A DNA stretch of 64,000 nt. It comes from the human T2T-CHM13v2.0 reference genome, Homo sapiens. The DNA is taken from the NCBI RefSeq assembly GCF_009914755.1, contig NC_060945.1; one strand, given 5' to 3'. The notes beneath the pieces were generated by a model. It was not told where the DNA came from and did no database searches. It saw nothing but the letters and a program-made list of their open reading frames with translations. Below are positions 35,356 to 54,200 of this stretch, in pieces (positions within the stretch are counted from its first letter, which is position 1; the number at the start of each line of letters is the position of its first letter). Made by a program: the position numbers and the translations under genes.

Positions 35356-36372
35356 ATGGGGAAAAAACAGAACAGAAAAACTGGAAACTCTAAAACGCAG
35401 AGTGCCTCTCCTCCTCCAAAGGAACGCAGTTCCTCACCAGCAACGGAACAAAGCTGGATGGAGAATGATTTTGACGAGCTGAGAGAAGAAGGCTTCAGAC
35501 GATCAAATTACTCTGAGCTACGGGAGGACATTCAAACCAAAGGCAAAGAAGTTGAAAACTTTGAAAAAAATTTAGAAGAATGTATAACTAGAATAACCAA
35601 TACAGAGAAGTGCTTAAAGGAGCTGATGGAGCTGAAAACCAAGGCTCGAGAACTACGTGAAGAATGCAGAAGCCTCAGGAGCCGATGCGATCAACTGGAA
35701 GAAAGGGTATCAGCAATGGAAGATGAAATGAATGAAATGAAGCGAGAAGGGAAGTTTAGAGAAAAACGAATAAAAAGAAATGAGCAAAGCCTCCAAGAAA
35801 TATGGGACTATGTGAAAAGACCAAATCTACGTCTGATTGGTGTACCTGAAAGTGATGCGGAGAATGGAACCAAGTTGGAAAACACTCTGCAGGATATTAT
35901 CCAGGAGAACTTCCCCAATCTAGCAAGGCAGGCCAACGTTCAGATTCAGGAAATACAGAGAACGCCACAAAGATACTCCTCGAGAAGAGCAACTCCAAGA
36001 CACGTAATTGTCAGATTCACCAAAGTTGAAATGAAGGAAAAAATGTTAAGGGCAGCCAGAGAGAAAGGTCGGGTTACCCTCAAAGGGAAGCCCATCAGAC
36101 TAACAGCGGATCTCTCGGCAGAAACCCTACAAGCCAGAAGAGAGTGGGGGCCAATATTCAACATTCTTAAAGAAAAGAATTTTCAACCCAGAATTTCATA
36201 TCCAGCCAAACTAAGCTTCATAAGTGAAGGAGAAATAAAATACTTTACAGACAAGCAAATGCTGAGAGATTTTGTCACCACCAGGCCTGCCCTAAAAGAG
36301 CTCCTGAAGGAAGCACTAAACATGCAAAGGAACAACCGGTACCAGCCGCTGCAAAATCATGCCAAAATGTAA
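35356..36372 (+). CDS. LINE-1 ORF1p (RNA-binding chaperone), intact 338 aa
   Basis: MGKKQNRKTGNSK...NHAKM; conserved REKG, ARR and YPAKLS motifs present. Confidence 0.97.
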   Translation: MGKKQNRKTGNSKTQSASPPPKERSSSPATEQSWMENDFDELREEGFRRSNYSELREDIQTKGKEVENFEKNLEECITRITNTEKCLKELMELKTKARELREECRSLRSRCDQLEERVSAMEDEMNEMKREGKFREKRIKRNEQSLQEIWDYVKRPNLRLIGVPESDAENGTKLENTLQDIIQENFPNLARQANVQIQEIQRTPQRYSSRRATPRHVIVRFTKVEMKEKMLRAAREKGRVTLKGKPIRLTADLSAETLQARREWGPIFNILKEKNFQPRISYPAKLSFISEGEIKYFTDKQMLRDFVTTRPALKELLKEALNMQRNNRYQPLQNHAKM

Positions 36373-36411
36373 AGACCATCAAGACTAGGAAGAAACTGCA
36401 TCAACTAATGA

Positions 36412-40260
<3,849 letters not shown>

Positions 40261-40536
40261 ACAATGAGATCACATGGACACAGGAAGGGGAATATCACAC
40301 TCTGGGGACTGTGGTGGGGTGGGGGGAGGGGGGAGGGATAGCATTGGGAGATATACCTAATGCTAGATGACGAGTTAGTGGGTGCAGCGCACCAGCATGG
40401 CACATGTATACATATGTAACTAAGCTGCACAATGTGCACATGTACCCTAAAACTTAAAGTATAATAAAAAAAAAAAAAGATTTGAATTTGCAAATACAAA
40501 AAAAAAAAAAAAAAGAAAAAAAAAAAGGATGAGTTC

Positions 40537-40878
40537 ATGTCCTTTGCAGGGACATGGATGAAGCTGGAAGCCATCATCCTCAGCAAACTAACATAGGAAC
40601 AGAAAACCAAACACTCATGTTCTCACTCATAAGTGGGAGCTGAACAATGAGAACACATGGACACAGGGAGGGGGACATCATACACCAGGGCCTGTCCAGG
40701 GGTGGGGTGAAAGGGGAGGGAGAGCATTAGGACAAATACCTAATGCATGCGGAGCTTAAAACCTAGATGACGGGTTGATGGGTGCAGCAAACCACCAAGG
40801 CACATGTATACCTATGTAACAAACCTGCATGCTCAGCACATGTATCCCAGAACTTAAAGTAAACAAAGAAAAAAAAAA
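40537..40878 (+). mobile_element. Older L1PA (host element), 3' part with A tail
   Basis: Continues ATGTCCTTTGCAGGGACATGG exactly where the 5' part stopped; ends in an A tail followed by AAAGCTCTGATTTG (40879-40892), matching the left TSD at 13/14. Confidence 0.9.
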
Positions 40879-41643
40879 AAAGCTCTGATTTGGACACCAG
40901 TGAGAATATGAAGTCCCTCGGCTTGCTGGATTTTCTTCTGTCTAGGATCGAACCTCCACTGCTATTACTATTTTTCTTCCTTTTTGATTCTTTTGGATCC
41001 CATGGAAAAATATTTATCTGCAACTTCTCCACAAAATGGAAATTTGTTTTTAATCTTATCTAACAGGAGATTCGCATATGACCAATTCTTATCTTTTAAA
41101 TAAAAATTTACTTATGTGCCTGCCTGAAAGGACTGAAGATCATACCTCTACGCTCTCTTCCATGTCCTTTCTTCTCTCTCCCCTGACACAGCTGCATTGG
41201 AAGTAGCTGTAAATGGGATGGACTAATTTTCCCTACCAAGAAGCCCCACTGTAAATCAGCGGTCACCCACTCCAGCTAGGCATTTTGCCCACACCAGGGC
41301 TATGAGATCAGATTTAATTTTCCAATCAGCAGTTCTGTGCATGTCTGATTCTTGGCTCAACATACAACTGCTATGCTGTTTATTATACTTCATCTCTCCA
41401 TGGCCTCTGAAACTCCCCAAGGCTCGGGTTCGTCATCCGCAAAATCGTGGGAGGCTGGTTCCATGGTTCTTGCAGTCCCTTCGCTTTGAATCCTTTTGTC
41501 TGTACTCTTGCTACATGGGTGTTCTCTGGGAGTTTGTTAGACATGCAGAACCTCAGGTCCCACCCAGATCCAGGGAATCAGAATCTGCATGTTAATGTGA
41601 TCCCCAGGTGACTCTCATGCATGTTACCATCTGAGAAGACCTA

Positions 41644-42267
<624 letters not shown>

Positions 42268-42839
42268 TCAGGAAACAGGTCAGTAAGTGTAGAGGGCATC
42301 ACAGGACAAACTTCATTGCTGGGTTTCCCAGAAAAGAGCAGCTCTCCCCTACTGAAGACACTTTTAGCAGACGGGCCTTCACTAGTGAGTAAATATACTA
42401 AAGAAGCATGGACTTACTTGTAGGTCGGTGGAGCAGCTGATTTGGGAGAGAACCCATGAGATCTTTAAGGACGGTAGGGATGTTCTGATTAGCATATATG
42501 CTACAGCCATCTGCGATGCCAAAGCCATACTGTGATGGGACTATGCCAGTTATGACACCTTCATAACCATGAGAACTGCACTCATGGCCTTTTCATACCC
42601 ATCTGCTGATTTGATAACCACAATAATCTTCCTTAGTGGGATCACTACTCCCACTGACAGTTGAACAAACTGACATCCATCCTGAGAAGTATACTTAAAA
42701 CTAGCAAGTGGCAGAACTGAAATCTGAACCCAAGTATCCCAATTCCTAATGCAACCTTCTCACTGTTCCATGAAAAGTTCCATTTTATAGAGGACATGGC
42801 TATATTACTTGGATTAGAAACTAATATTAAAGAAGCATA

Positions 42840-43231
<392 letters not shown>

Positions 43232-44150
43232 TTAAAGCAGTAGTCCAAGGTCACGGAGATTCCTGATGGTGGAGCAGGGCTGAAAAGCTCCCTCTTCTAG
43301 CTAAGTGAGGCCTGCCTGTCACTTTGCTTGGACAGCCCATTCTCAATAGCACTTTCCTCCCAGAACACTCTCCCAAGTCTTTAGGTTTCCCTTTCTCAGG
43401 ATGAATACGATGGCTACGTGAATGGCCAGAAGGTTTCACCAACTCTAAGTCAAATTGTAGTGTAGCGACCTAGGCACTTCAATGGTCAAGAGAGATACAG
43501 CCCTGTATGACGCGGCCACATTTTCCAACTTGGGGAAGAATTTATACACATATTATCACAAAGTAAATGCTGTACCACAAATCCAGTTTTTATCTTGACC
43601 TCCAGAAAATTAGGTCAGTTATTTTTAGCTACACTATCAATCTTGAAAATCTCCCAGAGTTAAAACTCAGACTACATGTCTAAATCGGGGTTTATTTTTG
43701 TTTAAAAATAACAGTTTCCTGGCCACACATGTTTAAATGAAGCATGCTTTGTCCCCTTATGGTAACAAACTGTCCCTGGAAGGGACACAAACAAAGCTTC
43801 ACATCATTTGTGAAAATATTCCTTATTGCTAGGGACATTTTCCTGAAATATCACTTGTCTGGCTTAGACTGAGGGTACAGAAGAAGTCCCTTTTCCTTTA
43901 AAACACATTTCCTTTTGGCTTTCAAACATCATAGATCAAAGAACTTAGACCTACCAGTGGCATCAGTCAGTAATCAAGATAAAGACCAGCCAGGCTCCCT
44001 GGCATCTAAAAGCAGATTGTAGGGCTCCTTTTTCCCGTTTACCTGTAGAACTTGTGCCAATGTGCTGATCTGATTTCCAACTACATTAGGGAGTCTTGGT
44101 CCTGCCTGGGTTGTCAGGAACTTAAAGTAGAGACTAAAAAACAACTTTAT

Positions 44151-44472
<322 letters not shown>

Positions 44473-44842
44473 TTATATACTACAGAAATAATCTCTGAAA
44501 GATGCTGTATTAAGATTACAACACACACACACAAACACACACACACATATCTTCTTGTTTTGAGGAAACGTACAGTGAAGTATTTAGGTGTAAAGGGCCA
44601 TTATGTCTGCAACTTCCTTTAAAAATTTTTAAATATATTTTTAGAACTTTTCTAAGTCTCCAATTATACTAAAACAAAAAGTTTAGTACTGTAGGCATTG
44701 TCAGCTTTAATTTATACATATTTGGATGTCTTCCTCTGGTTCGATTTATAGTGAAATTACATCATATGCCCATTAATGTGATACAAACTGCATGTCTTCT
44801 ACAAACAAAAATAAAAATAGAAGTGAATGTAATTTTGATGCC

Positions 44843-45108
44843 TTTTTTTTTTTTTTAACTGGAGACAGAGTCTTGCTCTGTCACCAGGTTGGACTGCAGA
44901 GGCGTAATCTCGGCTCATGGCAACCTCGGCCTCCTGAGTAGCTGGGATTACAGGCGCGCATCACTACGCCCGGCTAGTTTTTGTATTTTTAGTAGAGACA
45001 GGGTTTCACCATGTTGGCCGGGATGGTCTCGATCTTCTAACCTTGTGATCCACCCGCCTCGGCCTCCCAAAGTGCTGGGATTACAGGCATGAGCCACTGC
45101 ACCCGGCC
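44843..45108 (-). repeat. Alu with an internal deletion
   Basis: Antisense Alu blocks. Confidence 0.9.
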
Positions 45109-48100
45109 TGATCCCTCATATCTTTTAAACATAAGTCAATTATTTCATATGGTCTTTAAGCCAAGAAACAGCTATCTCTTCACTCTTCACATGCTGGAGG
45201 AAAAACTGGCTGCCTGGCTGGTTGAGAGATGTGTACTTTGATGGCTGACCTGAAGACATTTCAAGGTGATTGTTACGTGAAATTCTCTCTTCAAATCTGA
45301 CTTGAAGAGTCTAACCTCTGCAGCATATGTTATGACTTCACTGTGAGTCTTCTTTTATTAATAAAATATAATGTTTTTACTAATTATAAGAGTAACATAA
45401 ATTTCATGCCAAAAATGTAGAAAAAAGGAATGAGAATTCATTTACAATTCTAACAGCAGAAATAATCAAGAGTAGTGGTTTTTTTTTAATGGTTTTATTC
45501 TTACAGCATTATTTTCGTCTCTTTATCACTTTACTATGCAATTTTTATGACTATGCTTAAGGAGAGTAAATTTTTCGAAGTTATTGAGGCAATGGAGAGT
45601 CTTTGGAATGAGGATAATTAGGCCTGAGGACACAGAGGAATCATGAGGAAGAATTCTCCAGTTTCATTCCTTTTTCTGGGTACAGTTTGTTTCTCCTTCT
45701 AAGTAAGTTCCTAGATATAGAATGAATTGGAAAAAATGAAACGTGAGGTTTGCTACGTCTATAACAGTATCACATTTCATTTTTTAAAACTGCCAATGCT
45801 TTCAGTGAGGACCAGAAAGTACAGTGAGAAAAAAAAATTCCTCAAATATTAGTTTTCATGCTCTTGCACGCATTTTTATAAAGGCAAAAGTCATTCTGGT
45901 GCCTGTATACAATCTAAAGGCATAATCTCCTGGAGCCTTCAGTGCTGGTTTTGGGGTTTTCTGGAGATCAATCCACAGTGTCCCATTTTTTCTGCTGGAG
46001 CTCTGAACCCACTAAGAGAGAGCAAGAAGAGATGTAAACCTCTCCTTTGCTTCTGATAAAGCCAAGCCCTTACTAGTCCACATGATGCTTTCTCTGGGGA
46101 GTGAGTCACATACAGGAGACATGGCTTGTCCAGCTGCGTGCTGGACTGAATTTCAGCTCCAACCTGAACCTTCCAACAGGACAAGGGAGGGAGGAGAATG
46201 GGCCGTAGCAAGACTTGCCCACAGCATTGCCATAACAGCTGTGCAGGCTGTGGGTACAACTCTAAGAGCAGCACTCATTTTGTAGTTTCAGTGAGTCGTG
46301 TCCCTAAAGCCGTGTCCTGTGTGACCAGCCCCGTCTCTCAAGCTCATGAGAGAAGTCTATCTGACCGGGATAAGAAGGATCCTGGGGCGGGCCCAAGCAA
46401 ATGAATGAATTGGGAAACAGTGCCCCTCCCGGCAGCCAGCAAAAACTCCGCCATGCTGTGAAGAAAGTGCATTCTAATTGATTCATGTTGATACATGCTG
46501 AATTGATGGAATTTTATACTTCAAAGGATGCAAAGAATTGGTTAGCAAGTCTGATGAGCTCATGGTAGAAAGGATGATTTTCAACATCCATACATAGTGA
46601 ATTTCATTCAAAGAGCCTAAAAAGACTTATGCAGATAATTATAAGGGGATCAGGCAAGTGTGTAAGATTAGCACAAATTATATATATATATATATGTAAA
46701 ATCACAACACAGGATTGGGTCCTTTTCCCACAGACAGCACATCATCCTTGTATATATGATAGCTCATTTGAAATGTTTATTTATGCAGATTTTAAAAAGC
46801 ACACAAACCCTGTAAGCACTTCTGCACAGTGGCCTACTCGTGTTTTCTTTAACACAAAACTTGCTTTCTGGTGAACAATTCTAGATATAGCAATGGTTCT
46901 TTCTCCTCTGCTTTAGCTTATTCACAAGCTTCTTTAACTTCTTTAACAACGTGTGGGGAAACCAAGCCTGGCAACAGAAAGCACTTCACATGGGGGGCTT
47001 GGAAATGAATGGAAAGCGTCTGTCTTCAGGAGAGCATTCACGATGCACAGGAGTGAGAGAAGCTGAAAAGAGTCACTTTAAAAGAAATAATCTGCAACCA
47101 AGAAAATCAAACCACTTTATCATAAACTAGTGAGCCCCTCCCTCCCTGCCTGCCTTCCTTTTTCCAGGGGAGTGCTAGAAATAACTTCATCAATTTCTTT
47201 TCACTTGAAGGGCTCATGGTTCAGAAGAAAAGATGGGCATAAAAATAATTACTATTACAAGTGTTATGGTAGGGATACCGACAGAATGACAAAGAAACAA
47301 GCCTGGGCTTTAGGGATGTGACTAGTGATATTACAGTGGGGCCCCAGGGAAAGAGATCATTGTCCTAGCAGATACAAGTGCATGTACCGAGGCACAGAGG
47401 ACAAGCTGCCCAGGATCTGTGACTCTTCTGGCTGCTGTGGTACAAGGGAAGTGAAAAGGGAAGCAGCTTAGCCAAGAGGCTTTCAGTTTGTGGGATACAG
47501 AGGGCAGAGGAATACACTGACCTATACCATGAGTATGCAATTAGCAAAATCCCAGCCTATGGGAATTCTACGGGTCAAGTGACCTGCGCTTCATGAACAG
47601 GTAAACTGTAAAAAAAGGATGGAGGAGAAGCCTGGAGATTATAAAAGACTAACCAGACAAGTCAGCAGTAAAAAATGGCCAAAAGCATAGCCGATAAGGA
47701 TGCACACAAGAGTGATACAGCCAGAAAGATATTTCAGGAACTGGCCCAAGGAAAAACAGTGGGCATTTTGGTGGCGGTATTTGGGATAGGGCGAGATGCT
47801 ATCGGGGTGGAGGATAAACTTCTAATTCTTGACCTGAGTTTAATCTACGAAAAGAGAAAATATGGGGGAGAAAGGTTCTGTTTACACATGTTGAGTTGCA
47901 ATCTTTCAGAATATTGGGTGGAGCCAATGGAAACATGGACCCAGAGAGCTCACTTCTATGCTGAAACAGCCCACAGGGAAGCATCAGAATGAAAATGGAA
48001 ACGTTCCCAATACTAGCAGAACTCCACAGGCGCTTTGAAAAAAACATCCACATTAGATTCCCCAAAAGGGATTTATCTGGTAATAAATTCTGCTAGACAA

Positions 48101-49054
48101 TGAACAGTTCCACCCATGATAAAATAACATGTTGTTGCTGCAAATTCTTTGTATTGTCTAATTGCAGTGCTTAACGTAATAAAATCAGGCTGGTGTTATT
48201 GTTAAGAACTAGAGAGTGAAGCATTTTTTATCCAAATAAAGTGCAATGGGTTTTAAATCAAATCATTTTAGAATAAGAATCCTATGAGATAATAATAAAA
48301 TGCAACTTCATCTTTTCCTGCCGAGAACAAAGAAGAAAATAGTGTAGGAGATGAAAAGTAAAGTAGACCCAACCTTTTTGCTAATTTGTTTTTAGATACG
48401 TACTCCATGCAGACAATGGTGAAGTGAAGTGAAGTGAAGGGGTGTCATCTTTATTCACCTAGAGAACCACAAATCTTGGTGCTGGAAAGTACGATCCATT
48501 CGACATGATGGACTATTTCCCACCCGGCCACTCACTCGAGAATGGATAACCTGTTTTCCCGCCTGGGGTAACTGCTTTCCATGGATGTACAGCTTCAGGC
48601 CTCATACGAGAGGATCTCACAACAATCTCTTCAAACTTTTTCTAATCCCCACACTTTCCAGTCTTGGCACAAGACCTCATCCAGGCTTCTGAGTCTTTGT
48701 TGAAAATTTACACAAAATTCTAGAAATGTATTTTCTTTAAGATAGTTACTTTAAAAATGTTATTTTCATCTCAGCACAGTTAGCCTTTCCTTATCTGTTC
48801 TTAAAATGTTTCAACTTGAAACTAAAAAAGAAAAAAAAAAACACATTTCATCTCAAATTATGATATACTAAATAATTATTGACTTGGCCCCAAACATTTC
48901 TACTCTTTTCTTCTTACACAATCAGATTTAAAAATGTAACTACCTTTTCTAAACATACAATATTAAAGCATACTCAACTTCAGTAACAGGTAATGAATGT
49001 ACCTCAAAAGTCAGAGCCTCTACGTTAAGTACCATAGTGCTCCAACATCGTTTT

Positions 49055-49655
49055 TTACATTTTTAAAATTTTATTTTTTATTGATACATAATAGATGTGC
49101 ATATTTTCAGATTATATGAGAAAACTTAATATATTCATATAATTTGGAAAGATCAAATCAGTATAATGGGATATCCATCACTTAAATGTTTTTCTTTTCT
49201 TTTTGCTTTGAGGAAGGGTCTCTCTCTGTCACTCAGGCTGGAGTGCAGTGATGTGATCATAGCTCACTTGAACCTTGAACTGCTGGGCTCAAGTGATCTT
49301 CTCACCTCAGCCTCCAGAGCAGCTGGGTCTACAGGCATGCACCATCACACCTGGCTAATTTTTAAATATTTGTTTTGTAGAGATGGGGTCTCACTATGAT
49401 GCCCTGGCTAGTCTTGAATTGCTGGGGTCAAGTGATTTTCCCACCTCGGCCTTCCCAAGTGCTGGGACTATAGGTGTAAGCCATCGTGCCCAGCCTGTCT
49501 TCTTTACGCTAGAAACTTTCAAATTAGGTTCTCCTAGCTATTTTTAAATATACAGTAGATTACTGTAAATTAGTCACCTTGCTGATAATTAAATACTAGG
49601 TCTTGCTTCTTCTATCAAACTGTGTATTTGTATCCATTAATGAACCTCCCTTTGT
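49055..49655 (-). mobile_element. Old L1MA-like 3' fragment interrupted by an AluJ-like element (49188-49495)
   Basis: TTTTTTATTGATACATAATAGATGTGCATATTTTC...GGGATATCCATCAC pattern typical of an antisense L1MA 3' end. Confidence 0.6.
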
Positions 49656-50015
49656 AAGTATGATGTAAGCAATCCTTACTTGGCTACACTATAAGCTTCA
49701 ACAACAAATTAAAAAATGATTCACATTATAGAGCATTTATACATGCCTTTTCATCTTCCAAGTGTGGTAAACATTAATTAACCCTGGCTAATTAAAACAG
49801 CCACAGTTGACACATTTACTCATTAATCAGCCTCAAGCAAATGCAAAGCATTAAACTCTTTCACGTTTTGGTACCAATTAAATGTTATTATTTTTTTTTT
49901 AATGAAGAGGTCATAAATTTAAGACATGTAGTTCTTAGATTTAAATTTGATAGTGGTTGAAAAAATTTGACAATAGTTCACATTCTTAAAAGTCAAGGAA
50001 AATAAAAACATAACC

Positions 50016-50452
50016 GCATTATGGGTTGAATTTTCCCCCAAAATATATGTTGAAGTCCTAATGCCTACACCTAAGAATACAGCCTTACTTGGAAACAGGG
50101 TCTTTGCAGATATAAGATGAGGTCACAATGGAGAAGGGTGGGCCCTTAATCATATTAGAGAAGACACAGAAACAGAGACATGGGGAGTAACACCATGTGA
50201 AGACAGAGGTGGAGATTGGAGGGGTGCATGTACCAACCAAAGGAATATCAAGGGCTGGCAGCAGCACTAGAGCAAGCGAAAGGCATGAAACAGATTCTCC
50301 CCTAGAGCTGTAAGAGGCAGTGTGGCCCTGGCAACACCTTGCTTTAGGACTTCTAACCTCTAGAATAATGAGATAATGAGAGAGTATATTTCTGTTGGTT
50401 TCGGCCATGCGGTTTGTGGTAACTGGTTCCAGCAGCCCTAGGAATCTAATAC
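50016..50452 (+). mobile_element. MaLR LTR (MLT1C-like)
   Basis: TTATGGGTTGAATT...TATGTTGAAGTCCTAA...GGAAACAGGGTCTTTGCAGAT...GCAGCCCTAGGAATCTAATACA. Confidence 0.8.
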
Positions 50453-50528
50453 ACTGCCCATGTAAGTGAATATTAGCTATTTGCTGATAAGACAAGAATT
50501 TCTGGTTATAATAAATATACTGGAATAG

Positions 50529-50828
<300 letters not shown>

Positions 50829-51654
50829 GAATGTGGTTTCTTAGTGAGTCCTTTACTCAAGGCTGGAATTAAACAAAGGAGATGAATCACGAGCTCTATG
50901 ATAATAGTCTAATAGTCTAATCTAGCCCTCTTAAGTGCAGAGATGTTTTCCCTCTGAACACCCGTGTGTTTCAGCTCTGTTCCTCTTCCAATGCCCTTCC
51001 ACAGGGAACAAATCCTTTCTTGACCACCAATGGCTGCATGACTTATCCTGAGAAGATCATGGGGATTTTGGATGCCAGGTCAACCCTTACACTCAGCAAG
51101 GAAGTGGAAGGGCCTCAGTTTCAAACACTTTGTAAACACAGAGGTTAGGTCATTTCCTCTCCAATAAGCCAGAAGCTGAGCTGTCCCTGGCAGCAAACTG
51201 TGTGTCAAATGCCTGGCGGGTTTCAGGTTTTACTAACTCCAGAGTGACGAAACATCACCACCTCTAATGCCAGAAAGAAGTCAGCTGTTGTACCTGTGTC
51301 ACAACTAAATTTACTGAAGTCAGGGCAGCTGAAGTAATCTATAAAACTTAGCATGTCAATTTCAATTTAGCGTTCACATTCAACAAATTGTGTATTTAAA
51401 AAAAAATCTCCAGTAGTCTAAAAGTTTTCATTTTATTCTTGTGTAAAATCTGGAAGACTGGAATAGAATGTTTTATGGTATGAGTGTTTAGTAGCAACAT
51501 TAGGTTAACTGTGACCTTTTGGCTCAAGACATGAGAAAATATAGCTAACAATGCTTGGTTATGGGTTTGTCACACTATACTTTGTTATACTATCCAGCAG
51601 TATCCACCTGCTTTAACAGTGTGGATACACTAAAAACTAATTTAAAAAAATCTG

Positions 51655-51956
<302 letters not shown>

Positions 51957-52203
51957 CCTGTCAAATCCCTCCATACAAGTGTATGCACTTCACATACCAA
52001 GGAGGTCTAGGATTTGAAGTTCATCAAGGCCGAGTGTAGGCTGCCAGACCACAACCTCGTTTTAATGCCTTAGGTGCAGAAACAGGAGAAATAATACCTT
52101 CCATGCCTCCCCTGACTAGCTTTAGGATAAAGAAGCTGTGCACTAAATAGACAGTAGCTGAGGAACGATGAAGAGGATCTACCCAAAGTATGAATAAGCC
52201 AAC

Positions 52204-52885
<682 letters not shown>

Positions 52886-53860
52886 TTTATCTAGTCACAC
52901 TCAGACAAAAGAAAGAGCACAGGTCAGAATAGCTTTTTCTAGAGGATTCTGTTTTCTTTCTTTCTTCGGCTTCTTTTTCTTTTTTTCCTGAAGGCAATAG
53001 CTGAATCTGAGAGTAACAAGGGGCTCACCAGGGATGTGCAAGGAATTTCTTGTACTGCCCCTTTCATGGAAATGACAAGGAAGTGATTTATTTCAGATGT
53101 GACTCAGTTCAGGATTTGAAAGCACATGTGACAAATGGTCAAGTAAAGAAAAAGCTTTTCTTTTTCTTTACTTGACCATTTGCCACGCAAGTTCCCAAGT
53201 TCTTCCTCCCTATCTTGCTTCATTACAGGCAGTGGGAAAAATCCAAACAGCTTCCCCCTGTGTCTGGGACATCTCCAGCTCTGTGGTGTATTTACTTTGA
53301 AGGAACAAAAAAGGGGATAGTATATGACTTCCATCCCAAGTCACTATAGGATATACTTTAAGAAACAAGGGAGTTTAAATTGCTCTGCTGTATAACCTGC
53401 AAAATTCATCTCCTACTGCAGAATAGAGTGAGTTGCTTCTCAGGATTCGCACCTGGAGTTGGTATTCAGCACATGTTTTCTTTGTAACATTTCTGTCAAT
53501 TCTCTAAAAAGACCACACTTTTTGAGCTGGCACTAGGCTCTCTGACAATCTTCCAAGACGAAGCTTTTACAGTCCATCATTTACAATGCTGACAACTCCA
53601 GGCACATTTTGTCAATTTTCCCTTTCATCTCTTATTAAAATAAAATAATATCACTTTGGATTTGAAGAGAGCCTAAATGGATAATTCTTTAAGCAGAATG
53701 TCAGTATCAATGATAGAAAGGGAAGAATCTAAGAGGGAGGTAAATGTTCTATAAGTAGAGAAGTAGGTTCACAATTTCTGAAACAGCAAATCAAACAGCA
53801 AATGGGGGAAAGTTATGAAAGGCAGAATTTTGTGACTCAAGCCCATCTTATGCTTATACA

Positions 53861-54200
<340 letters not shown>

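Noticed and set aside
48418-48439. (GTGAA)4 tract resembling IRF/PRDM1 sites, and scattered TGAGTCA AP-1 motifs (for example 46102-46108)
   Set aside because: Short motifs expected by chance in 64 kb; no supporting evidence from sequence alone.
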